Shown one piece after another: positions 1 to 8,508 of a DNA stretch of 38,094 nt. The stretch is taken from assembly GCA_038064295.1 (NCBI GenBank), contig JBBTTH010000021.1, positions 1 through 38,094 of the forward strand, written 5' to 3'. The notes under the pieces were generated by a model. That model saw only the letters and a program-made list of their open reading frames with translations. It was not told where the DNA came from and did not search any database. Numbering within the stretch: position 1 is the first letter of the stretch; each line of letters begins with the position of its first letter. Made by a program: the position numbers and the translations under genes. This DNA comes from Patescibacteria group bacterium (GTDB lineage Bacteria > Patescibacteriota > Minisyncoccia > Phycocordibacterales > UBA6065).

Positions 1-800
1 TCGCCACGGGCATGATTCTGGCCACAGGGCCCACCGGTTCGGGAAAATCCACCACTCTCTATACTATTTTGGACATTTTGAATCAGCCCGATGTCAATAT
101 TTCCACAGTTGAAGATCCGGTGGAATATCAAATGCCCCGCGTCAATCAGACCCAAGTGCGTCCTGATATAGGATTTACGTTTGCCACGGGTCTCCGTAGT
201 CTCGTCCGTCAGGATCCCGACATCATTATGGTCGGCGAGATCAGAGATAATGAAACCGCGTCTCTCGCCGTAAATGCCGCTCTCACCGGACATCTCGTTC
301 TCTCAACCCTCCACACAAACAGCGCGGCTGGAGCCATTCCTCGACTCATAGACATGAAGATTGAGCCGTTCCTGCTGGCTTCCACTATATCTGTCGTCAT
401 AGGTCAACGTCTAGTTCGGAGATTGGCCGATGCAAAAGACAGAAAAGCTCTCACCAGAGCGGAACTCACAGCTCTCGGCAAAGTAGTTGATTTGGAACGC
501 ATGCTCTCACTTTTACGCAATGAAAAAGTAATCGGTCCTGCTCACGGATGGGATAAGGTCCAGTTTGGGGCGCCGAAGGCGGGGGAAGGAGACGATGGGT
601 ACAAGGGTCGCATAGGCATGCATGAAGTTTTCAAAATGTCTTCGGCTATAAAAGAATTGGCCATAAAAAACGCTACATCCGAAGTCATAGAAATTCAAGC
701 CAAAAAAGAGGGCATGATGACCATGCTGGAAGACGGCATATTCAAAGCGGCGCAGGGGCTCACCACCATAGAGGAAGTGCTCCGTGTGGTTTCGGAATAA
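1..800 (+). CDS. pilB: Type IV pilus / type II secretion assembly ATPase (GspE/PilB family), C-terminal part. The 5-prime end lies outside the window.
   Basis: The ORF is open from the window edge to the stop at 798-800. It has Walker [10 protein letters not shown], an Asp box [12 protein letters not shown] and a His box [12 protein letters not shown]. pilC and pilin genes follow. Confidence 0.9.
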   Translation, partial: ATGMILATGPTGSGKSTTLYTILDILNQPDVNISTVEDPVEYQMPRVNQTQVRPDIGFTFATGLRSLVRQDPDIIMVGEIRDNETASLAVNAALTGHLVLSTLHTNSAAGAIPRLIDMKIEPFLLASTISVVIGQRLVRRLADAKDRKALTRAELTALGKVVDLERMLSLLRNEKVIGPAHGWDKVQFGAPKAGEGDDGYKGRIGMHEVFKMSSAIKELAIKNATSEVIEIQAKKEGMMTMLEDGIFKAAQGLTTIEEVLRVVSE

Positions 801-831
801 AAGATTTCGGAAAAGTGGTAAAATTATACCA

Positions 832-2055
832 ATGCTTTTCGCCTACAAAGCGGTAAAAAAAGACGGCACGCATTATGAAGGCACCATGGAAGCCGCGGAC
901 AAGTTCGCCGTGTACAGAGAGACGCATACCAGGGGCGATGTGGTTCTGGAAGTAAAAGAAAAGGGGACCAAAGGCGCTCTAAAAAATACTCTGAAAAGCC
1001 TGCTCTCCGTTTCTTTCGGCGGGGCCAAGATGGTCGACCGTATCATGTTTGCCAAAAATTTATCCGCCATGCTCCATGCCGGACTGCCTCTGTCGCGGGC
1101 TCTGTCCGTTCTGGAACGACAGATGGCCGGCGGAACCTGGACTCCCATCCTCAAAAAAATAAGCGACAATCTGTCCAGAGGCGAGAGCCTGTCCGCGTCC
1201 CTGTCGTCTTTTCCCAAAACTTTTTCCCCGCTTTTTGTGTCCATGGTCGGGGCGGGCGAGGAATCGGGAAGCCTGACGGAATCTCTGGCCGTCGTCGGGG
1301 AAGAACTGGAAAAATCATACGAATTTCGCAAGAAAGTGCGCGGCGCCATGATGTATCCGGCCATCATCCTCTGCGTTATGATAGCCATAGCCATTCTCAT
1401 GCTGGTCTATGTCATTCCTCGGCTGACTCTCACATTCAAGGAATTCAATACCGAATTGCCTCTCTCTACCCGCGCCATCATAGAAACCAGCGATTTTTTC
1501 GCCCGATATTATGGATTTATAATTTTCGGAATACTGGCAATCGTTGCCGCCATATACGCTTTTTCCAAAACAATTATGGGTAAACATATTTTGGGTAGAA
1601 TTGCCCTCGGATTTCCAATCATTGGTACCATCGTAGAGGAAATAAATTCAGCCCGCACAGCCCGTACGTTGGCATCTCTATTGTCAGCTGGTGTCCCTGT
1701 GGTGACTGCTGTCAAAATCACGGCGGGTGTCGTTCAAAACATCCATTACCGAGATATGCTTTCAAAAACAGCCGATGAAATTCAGAGAGGCGCTTCTCTG
1801 GAATCGCTGTTTGCGCCGCGGACGGAACTCTATCCGCCGTTTGTCGGAGAAATGATAGGGGTGGGAGAAGAAACGGGCACGCTGTCAAAGACTCTATTGG
1901 AAGTGGCTCTCTTTTATGAAAACGAAGTTGGGCAAAAAACCAAGGACATGTCCACGGTCATAGAGCCTCTCCTCATGGTCCTGATAGGCATAGGGGTCGG
2001 TTTTTTCGCCCTGGCCATGATATCGCCGATTTATTCTCTCACTAATACCATATGA
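832..2055 (+). CDS. pilC: Type IV pilus platform protein (GspF/PilC family).
   Basis: The N-terminus MLFAYKAVKKDGTHYEG is typical of PilC. Two repeated GspF-type domains are present (LSRALSVLERQ.. and TARTLASLLSAGVP..), with hydrophobic TM segments. ATG 832 is preferred over the GTG at 784 given in the track. Confidence 0.9.
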   Translation: MLFAYKAVKKDGTHYEGTMEAADKFAVYRETHTRGDVVLEVKEKGTKGALKNTLKSLLSVSFGGAKMVDRIMFAKNLSAMLHAGLPLSRALSVLERQMAGGTWTPILKKISDNLSRGESLSASLSSFPKTFSPLFVSMVGAGEESGSLTESLAVVGEELEKSYEFRKKVRGAMMYPAIILCVMIAIAILMLVYVIPRLTLTFKEFNTELPLSTRAIIETSDFFARYYGFIIFGILAIVAAIYAFSKTIMGKHILGRIALGFPIIGTIVEEINSARTARTLASLLSAGVPVVTAVKITAGVVQNIHYRDMLSKTADEIQRGASLESLFAPRTELYPPFVGEMIGVGEETGTLSKTLLEVALFYENEVGQKTKDMSTVIEPLLMVLIGIGVGFFALAMISPIYSLTNTI

Positions 2056-2624
2056 TAAAAGCGGAGCAAGAACAGAAAAGAGATGTCCGCGTGGAGACGC
2101 TTGAGGCGCGACGGCGCCGAAACCGAGGACATTTTCTAGCAAGAAAATGTCCGTGCTCCACAAGGATATCTCTTTTCTGTTCTTGCTCTGCTTTTACACT
2201 AATGGAAGTTTTAGTTGTTTTGGCCATAACGACAATTATCGCTACGATATCCGTTGCTTCTTTTGCTGAGTTTTCAAAGAGAGAAGCCCTCGACGCTTCT
2301 GCCACAGCCATAGTGGCAGGATTGCGCGATGCCAGGGCCGAAACTCTGGCTTCTGTCGGTGGATTGCAATACGGTATAGCTGTTTCCCCCGACAAGTTTA
2401 TTTTCTTTCAAGGCACAACTTATGATTCTCTGGCGACCACGAATAAAATATTCAATTTTAGTCCGTATGTTCGCGCTTCATCGAGCATATCTACGGTTGT
2501 CTTTCAGAGACTCACCGGTAATTCTACCGCATCTGGTACAATTGATGTATATCTGATTTCTGATCCGACTGTAAAACGCACGATAAGTATCGGCGGGACC
2601 GGTTTTGTCAACATTCAAAAATAA
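2052..2624 (+). CDS. Type IV pilin-like protein (prepilin-type N-terminal cleavage/methylation motif). The start codon is uncertain.
   Basis: The motif SA|FTLMEVLVVLAITTIIATISVASF is a class III signal plus hydrophobic helix with Glu at +5. ATG 2052 overlaps the pilC stop (ATGA). An alternative in-frame GTG lies at 2091. ATG 2202 would delete the FTL motif. Confidence 0.75.
   Translation: MIKAEQEQKRDVRVETLEARRRRNRGHFLARKCPCSTRISLFCSCSAFTLMEVLVVLAITTIIATISVASFAEFSKREALDASATAIVAGLRDARAETLASVGGLQYGIAVSPDKFIFFQGTTYDSLATTNKIFNFSPYVRASSSISTVVFQRLTGNSTASGTIDVYLISDPTVKRTISIGGTGFVNIQK
2057..2194. repeat. 138-nt palindromic multi-hairpin element between the pilC stop and the pilin class III signal motif.
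   Basis: A 28-bp stem pairs 2057-2084 with 2167-2194, with one G-U pair. Inner helices are gtggag/ctccac (2091-2096/2156-2161), ggcgc/gcgcc (2105-2109/2114-2118) and ggacattttct/agaaaatgtcc (2127-2137/2142-2152). Confidence 0.7.
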
Positions 2625-2626
2625 AA

Positions 2627-3097
2627 ATGATAAAACACAGAGAATCCGGGTCGACTCTCATTGAAGTCGTCGTCGTAGCGGCCATCTTATCTCTCGTTTC
2701 TCTGTCTTTTCTCGGCACATTCGCGGCTTTGTCTAGTTTCCATGAAAAAAACCAGCGCGCTATAAAAGGATTGCTCTTGGCCGAAGAAGGCCTGGAAGCT
2801 GTACGGCTCATTAAAAGTGGTAATTGGAATGATCTGGCGATTATTCCTCCCGGAAGTACCCGCTATCTGATTCTCTCTCCTCTGTCATGGAGTATCACAA
2901 TCTCGCCTGAAATAATTGACGGAATATTTTATAGATCAATACGAGTGTTTAAAGTAATGCGCGACATTAACGACGATATTGTCTCGTCGGGAGGGACGAT
3001 AGATTTGGATACTCTCCGTTTTGAATCGTCCGTGAGCTGGAGCGTGCGCAACGCTACTGCAACCGTTTCCTATGAGGCCTATATGACCGATATTTAA
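2627..3097 (+). CDS. Pseudopilin / minor pilin-like protein.
   Basis: N-terminus MIKHRESG|STLIEVVVVAAILSLVSL: a short basic leader, Gly at -1, Glu at +5 and a hydrophobic helix. Confidence 0.7.
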   Translation: MIKHRESGSTLIEVVVVAAILSLVSLSFLGTFAALSSFHEKNQRAIKGLLLAEEGLEAVRLIKSGNWNDLAIIPPGSTRYLILSPLSWSITISPEIIDGIFYRSIRVFKVMRDINDDIVSSGGTIDLDTLRFESSVSWSVRNATATVSYEAYMTDI

Positions 3098-3107
3098 AAA
3101 ATTCAAT

Positions 3108-3659
3108 ATGTCATTTTTCAAAAAAAGAAATTTAAAAATAAGCGGGAATGACACAGGCGGCGGATATACGCTGGTTGAAATGGTCATTTCAATAGGTCTG
3201 GTTGCGCTACTTCTCATTGTAATCGTTGAGACGGCCATCACAATTGCCCGTTCCCATGAACGCGCCGGAAATTATCTGGAAATAAATTCCGCCGCCGTGG
3301 GGGCGTTTTCCAGATTTTCTAGAGATATCCGCCGGGCGACTTCCATTGATGTCGTAAACAGCATTCTCGGAGCAAGCGACGGAAAAATCGTTCTCAAGAT
3401 GAAAAAAGACGATGGCACGGACGATACTACTGTTTTTTATTTGGCGGAAAACAGGGTAAAAGAAATTTATAACGGCGCGGACCGAGGCGACATCACGCCG
3501 ACCGCTGTAGATATTTCCAATCTGACTTTTCGTCTATTTACTTCTGCTTCGACTACGGCTGTGCGCGTGGAAATGACAGCCTCCCCTCTCGCCAGTTCCA
3601 CAGTTTCGGCAATCAATTTCTACGGCACATATGTTTTGAGAGGATCGTATGTCAAATGA
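3108..3659 (+). CDS. Pseudopilin / minor pilin-like protein.
   Basis: The N-terminus carries GGG|YTLVEMVISIGLVALLLIV after a 17-aa basic leader. Confidence 0.7.
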   Translation: MSFFKKRNLKISGNDTGGGYTLVEMVISIGLVALLLIVIVETAITIARSHERAGNYLEINSAAVGAFSRFSRDIRRATSIDVVNSILGASDGKIVLKMKKDDGTDDTTVFYLAENRVKEIYNGADRGDITPTAVDISNLTFRLFTSASTTAVRVEMTASPLASSTVSAINFYGTYVLRGSYVK

Positions 3660-3691
3660 TACGTGTGAAGATAATGTGATAAAAAGATTCC

Positions 3692-5422
3692 ATGAAAAAC
3701 GATTATAATCAAAAATACAATAGAGGATACGCTCTGGTCACGGCACTGATATTTTTTCTGGTAGCCACGGGAGCGGTCATAGCCGCCATATCGGATGCGG
3801 TTTTCCGTGAAGTGCGCGCGGTGCGCAACGAATCTCTGTCCAAGCAAAGTTACTTTACGTCCGAATCCGCTCTGGAGGACGCGGCTTACCGCATAAAAAC
3901 CGGCAAAATTATAGGCGGTTCGGAATCTCTGACTCTGGCCACTTCCACGGCTCTCGCTACTATAGTATCCGGAGAGAACGGTTCCTGGGAAGTGACATCG
4001 GCCGGCGATGCAGGCAATGCCCGACGCTCGACAAAGCTCGTTTTGAACAAAGGCGACGGTATTTCTTTTGCCTATGCCATAGAAGCCGGTCTTGGTGGTG
4101 TAGATTTAGTCGGTGGGTCGAGCATTATCGGTGATGTGTATACTACCGGGTCCATACGCGGTTGCGGTTCCTGCGCTATTTCAGGAGAGGCCGTATCCGC
4201 GGGCAAATCAACCAGCGTGATTGACCAGGATAATAGCTCTCCCGTCACGCCGACTCAGTCTGTTATTTTTGGAAATAGTTCAGGTACGCAAGATTTGGCT
4301 CAGAGTTTCACAATACCCGGCGCTTTGTCCCTCAAAAAAATACAATTATATATAAAGAAAGTCGGCAATCCGGCCAATGCCACCGTGAAAATTACTGACG
4401 ATGATTATGGCAGTCCTTCTGACAGCATACTGGCGAGCGGCACGCTGTCGTCTTCCTTGGTTTCTGTCTCATATGATTGGGTGGATATAACCCTCACGGC
4501 CAATCCCACGCTGTCTGCCGGCGTGGCATATTGGATTGTCATAGACGGGAGCGGCAATTCATCAAATTATTACATTATGGCCGCCAACACGGTTTATACC
4601 GGCGGTCAGGCAAAAATCGGTAAATACAACAATAATTGGAACAACACGACACCAGACGGGCTGGATGCGTATTTCAAAATATATACAGGCACGAACGGAG
4701 AAGGCATCATCGGCGAGAGCCAATCCAACAAAATTTCGGTTGGTCAAAGCTATTCTCATTCCGCCAGTTACGTCTCCTCGTCGGGCGCTCTCTATTGCCA
4801 GGTCGGGGTGGATAATAATAAGCCTTGTGATACTTCCCGGGCTGACCCGGCAGTGAAAGAATATCCTGTGCCCGATGCGAGAATAAATGAATGGAAAGAT
4901 GAAGCGTCAACAAGCGTTTATAATGGCAATTATTCAGTTGGTTCTGTCGGGGCAACTCTCGGACCAAAGAAAATTGTCGGCAACCTGTCTGTCGGCGGCG
5001 GTGGGACCCTGCGTGTGTCGGGCACCCTCTGGGTTACAGGGACGGTGTCAATTACCGGAGGTTCCTATGTGAGGCCGGACGATAATACAAAGAGTTTTGT
5101 CATAATTTCGGACGGAAGCATAACCCTGTCCGGCGGTTCCCAGGTTCTCGGCAATGTAGACAGCCACATTATGCTCGTTTCCCTCAGTCCTCTGGATCCG
5201 GCCATATCCATCGGCGGCGGGGCGAGTGATACCGTGGTGTTTGCGCCGAACGGCGGGCTCTATATTTCCGGCGGCTCCAATGTCAAAGCCGGGTTGGCCA
5301 GGCATATTTTCCTAGAAGGCGGCGCGAATATCACATATGACCCGAATTTGTCCAGCCTCAATTTTTCTTCGGGATTGCCGGACAGCGAGTTTCAAATTAA
5401 ATCGTGGAAGGAGGTGGAATAA
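3692..5422 (+). CDS. Large pilus-associated protein with a PilX-like N-terminal anchor and a Gly-rich beta-helix-like C-terminal region.
   Basis: The N-terminus RGYALVTALIFFLVATGAVIAAIS has no Glu at +5, as in PilX_N-type proteins. The C-terminus holds repeated GG.S.V.G motifs (VGGGGTLRVSGTLWVTGTVSITGGSYV.., GGASDTVVFAPNGGLYISGGSNV). It is the last gene of the pilin cluster. Confidence 0.6.
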   Translation: MKNDYNQKYNRGYALVTALIFFLVATGAVIAAISDAVFREVRAVRNESLSKQSYFTSESALEDAAYRIKTGKIIGGSESLTLATSTALATIVSGENGSWEVTSAGDAGNARRSTKLVLNKGDGISFAYAIEAGLGGVDLVGGSSIIGDVYTTGSIRGCGSCAISGEAVSAGKSTSVIDQDNSSPVTPTQSVIFGNSSGTQDLAQSFTIPGALSLKKIQLYIKKVGNPANATVKITDDDYGSPSDSILASGTLSSSLVSVSYDWVDITLTANPTLSAGVAYWIVIDGSGNSSNYYIMAANTVYTGGQAKIGKYNNNWNNTTPDGLDAYFKIYTGTNGEGIIGESQSNKISVGQSYSHSASYVSSSGALYCQVGVDNNKPCDTSRADPAVKEYPVPDARINEWKDEASTSVYNGNYSVGSVGATLGPKKIVGNLSVGGGGTLRVSGTLWVTGTVSITGGSYVRPDDNTKSFVIISDGSITLSGGSQVLGNVDSHIMLVSLSPLDPAISIGGGASDTVVFAPNGGLYISGGSNVKAGLARHIFLEGGANITYDPNLSSLNFSSGLPDSEFQIKSWKEVE

Positions 5423-5460
5423 TCGCTCCGATAAATATATTCACATGTTATAATCTCGAT

Positions 5461-6252
5461 ATGAAACGAGTGAGAAAAAAATTCACGATTGTGGGAAACT
5501 GGAAGATGAATCCAGATACTCTGGAAGAGGCTAAAAAACTATTTTCGGCTGTTTCGCGCAAGACGGCAAATAATCCCAAGGTGGCTGTGGTCGTGGCGCC
5601 GCCGGCGCCGTTTATGCTTGCCCTGTCCGGCAAGAAAACGGGCAGAAAAACAGACAGGAAAATCCGCCCTGCCGCCCAGGACGTCTCGGGAGAAACGCGC
5701 GGCGCGCATACGGGTTCCGCGAGCGCTCGGCAATTGCGTAGCGCGGGGGCGGAATACGCCATCGTAGGCCACAGCGAGCGCCGCGCGGCCGGAGATAACG
5801 ACCAGATAATAGCCAAAAAAATCACGCAGGCTCTGGACGCCGGACTGCGTGTCATTCTCTGTGTCGGAGAAAAGGAGAGGGACAACCATGCCCGCTACCT
5901 GCGCGAAGTCCGCGAGCAGATAACCGGCGCCCTCTCCAGCCAGACTAAAAATAAAATTCAGTGGGTAACCGTCGCCTATGAGCCTGTATGGGAAGTGGGC
6001 AGAAACTTTGACGTCGTCCTCGCTCCTGCTCTCATCCACGAGATGGCGATTTACATAAAAAAATCCGTTGCGGAAATTTTTGGGAAAAAACAGGCGCTCA
6101 GACTACCTGTGCTGTACGGCGGTTCCCTCAATTCCGAAAACGCTGAAAACATCTTAAAAGACGCCTCGATTGACGGATTACTAGTAGGCAGGCAATCTCT
6201 CGACCCGGACACTTTTGGTAAAATCATAGAATATGCAAACGAACTCTCCTGA
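5461..6252 (+). CDS. tpiA: Triosephosphate isomerase.
   Basis: Motifs FTIVGNWKMN, AIVGHSERR and VAYEPVWEVG (catalytic Glu). The start is taken at the MKRVRKK ATG at 5461. Confidence 0.9.
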   Translation: MKRVRKKFTIVGNWKMNPDTLEEAKKLFSAVSRKTANNPKVAVVVAPPAPFMLALSGKKTGRKTDRKIRPAAQDVSGETRGAHTGSASARQLRSAGAEYAIVGHSERRAAGDNDQIIAKKITQALDAGLRVILCVGEKERDNHARYLREVREQITGALSSQTKNKIQWVTVAYEPVWEVGRNFDVVLAPALIHEMAIYIKKSVAEIFGKKQALRLPVLYGGSLNSENAENILKDASIDGLLVGRQSLDPDTFGKIIEYANELS

Positions 6253-7399
6253 ATTAAAAACTCGCTTCAAGAAAATCACCGAAGAGAAAAATTTGCGCGG
6301 CAAAAGAGTGCTCCTGCGGCTGGATCTGAACGTGTCCGTCATAGGCGATGACATCCGGGACGATTTCAAAATAAGAAAATCCTTGCCAACTTTGGAATTT
6401 TTCCGTAGTGCGGGAGCAAAAACGATCATCGTGAGTCACCTGGAAAACGACCTCACCGATTCTCTCTCCCGCGTGGCTTCATACATTTCCAAATTGATTC
6501 CTCTAAAAGCATTCGTGGCGAAATTGGACGAGGCCCACGCCGTGGTGGAAACTATGGCGGAAGGCGACATCATCATTCTGGAAAACCTGCGTCAAAATCC
6601 GGGTGAAAAAGAAAACAATCCCGTTTTCGCCGGCCGACTGGCAAATCTGGCGGATATATATGTGAACGACGCCTTTGCCGCATCTCACCGCGACCATGCC
6701 TCTATTGTTTCTCTGCCAAAACTTCTGCCGAGCTATGCCGGACCTCTCCTCTCGGAAGAAATAGCCGCTCTCTCAAAAGCCTTTAATCCTCCGCGACCAT
6801 TCCTCTTTATCATCGGCGGAGCCAAATTTGACACCAAACTGCCGCTCATAGAGAAATTTCTAGACATCGCCGACTACGTTTTCGTCGGCGGCGCCCTGGC
6901 GAACGACCTTTTCAGGGAAAAAGGTTATGAAATAGGCCGGTCGGTTATTGCCCAGTCCAGAATAAATCTGAAACATGTTGAGATGAATCCAAAACTCATC
7001 ATCCCGGCTGATGTCATCACCGTGAGCACTTTGTCAAAAGGCACAAAGAGCCCCGACTTGATAGGTCCTGATGAAAAAATCACGGATGTCGGTCCGAGGA
7101 CGATAGACCAGATAGCCGACCTCCTGAATGACGTGAAATTCGTCATCTGGAACGGACCTCTCGGCGATTATGAAAACGGTTTTTCCGAGGGCACAGAGAA
7201 TCTGGCTAGAGCTCTGGTTGAATCACGGGTAGAAACAATCATCGGTGGCGGGGATACTATCGCCTGCGTGAGAAAACTCGGTCTCTTGGACAAATTCAGC
7301 TTTGTCTCCACAGGCGGCGGCGCCATGGTTGAATTTTTGGCTCATGGGACATTGCTCGGCATTGACGCCTTGACAAACAAGCTCAGAGATTCTTCCTGA
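6233..7399 (+). CDS. pgk: Phosphoglycerate kinase.
   Basis: Motifs LRGKRVLLRLDLNV, VNDAFAASHRDHAS, IIGGAKFDTKL and STGGGAMVEFL. It overlaps the tpiA end by 20 nt. Confidence 0.95.
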   Translation: MQTNSPELKTRFKKITEEKNLRGKRVLLRLDLNVSVIGDDIRDDFKIRKSLPTLEFFRSAGAKTIIVSHLENDLTDSLSRVASYISKLIPLKAFVAKLDEAHAVVETMAEGDIIILENLRQNPGEKENNPVFAGRLANLADIYVNDAFAASHRDHASIVSLPKLLPSYAGPLLSEEIAALSKAFNPPRPFLFIIGGAKFDTKLPLIEKFLDIADYVFVGGALANDLFREKGYEIGRSVIAQSRINLKHVEMNPKLIIPADVITVSTLSKGTKSPDLIGPDEKITDVGPRTIDQIADLLNDVKFVIWNGPLGDYENGFSEGTENLARALVESRVETIIGGGDTIACVRKLGLLDKFSFVSTGGGAMVEFLAHGTLLGIDALTNKLRDSS

Positions 7400-7766
7400 T
7401 TTTCTCCGCGTTTCCGGCGAAATCCTCTCTGGCTCCGGCCACGTTTGAATCGGGGTATACCCAGATGTGAGCGTGAGGCACTTCTTCGCCTATAATTTTT
7501 GATAGGACAAAATCGGTATTAAAAGCTTTCTTTTGTGCCAAGGCGATTTTTTGGGCGACTTCAAAATATTTTCCTATATTTAAGCTCGTCTGTCTGCCGG
7601 CTGGCAGGTCCCAGACCCATCTGTAATGCTTTTTCGGGATGATTAAAGTATGCCCAGAGGATTCCGGATCTATGGAGAGAAACGCTAAAAAATTTTGGTC
7701 TTCATATACTCTATGCGACGGAATTTCTCCACGAATTATTTTGCAAAAAACGCAATCCATATTCAT
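7383..7766 (-). CDS. HIT (histidine triad) family nucleotide hydrolase.
   Basis: N-terminus MNMDCVFCKIIRGEIP and histidine triad motif PHAHIWVYP. The track ORF extends to a GTG at 7784. Confidence 0.85.
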   Translation of the reverse strand: MNMDCVFCKIIRGEIPSHRVYEDQNFLAFLSIDPESSGHTLIIPKKHYRWVWDLPAGRQTSLNIGKYFEVAQKIALAQKKAFNTDFVLSKIIGEEVPHAHIWVYPDSNVAGAREDFAGNAEKIRKNL

Positions 7767-7820
7767 ATGATAAAAATACCACACCTCGGGGAGATGTGGT
7801 AGAAGGCTTCTATTGTGGCA

Positions 7821-8414
7821 TCATTCCGGAATGCCGAGAAAATCAAGACATGTTGCCATGAGTATTTCAGGGTCACAGATAGTCTCCAGTTTCGTCTCGG
7901 TCAGTTTGTTGAAATCGGTGCACGAATGGATACGATGACCAAACACTGGATTATGAAAGACCTCAGAGACCTCGATTTTGAATTCTACAAATCTGACTGG
8001 ACTTTCGATTTTTCCAAAATATCGTTTTCCAAAATATCGTGTGAGAGTAATCCCGCTGCTCTGGTCTCGTTGGCAGAAGAGCGGAAAGCCCAGAATATTG
8101 TCATCTGACAAGCCGTCATTGTAATAAAATCCCAGACTATTATCCATCGTTCTCGCGTTGATGAAGACGTAAAAATCCTTATTCTGGTTGAGGACTTTTC
8201 TTAACGTCCCCGTGGCTCTGTCGAGAATTTGGGCAATCAATTTTTCATGGGATTGCCGATGTATCTCGGCGATTTTTGCCATCAGTTTTTCGTTTTCTTC
8301 GGCGGCTTTCTTTCTCATCCTGGCGCCTTCGATGGCTTGTTCAAATAGAGTTGGCGTTCGGGAAGTCGTTTTCATGATAGAGTATTTGATATATGCTGTG
8401 ATTCGTGCGAGCAA
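7821..8414 (-). CDS. Hypothetical protein. An alternative ATG start lies at 8375.
   Basis: It is the longest ORF in the region. I recognised no motif. It contains an in-frame duplicated pentapeptide RYFGKRYFGK. Confidence 0.5.
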   Translation of the reverse strand: MLARITAYIKYSIMKTTSRTPTLFEQAIEGARMRKKAAEENEKLMAKIAEIHRQSHEKLIAQILDRATGTLRKVLNQNKDFYVFINARTMDNSLGFYYNDGLSDDNILGFPLFCQRDQSSGITLTRYFGKRYFGKIESPVRFVEFKIEVSEVFHNPVFGHRIHSCTDFNKLTETKLETICDPEILMATCLDFLGIPE

Positions 8415-8508
8415 AAAAGTTTTTTTACTTGATACACACGAGAGTCTGACTGCTTTTTACTCTTTTTGTTTCGGAAAGTCAATCTTTTGCGCGTGATAGA
8501 ATACCTCT

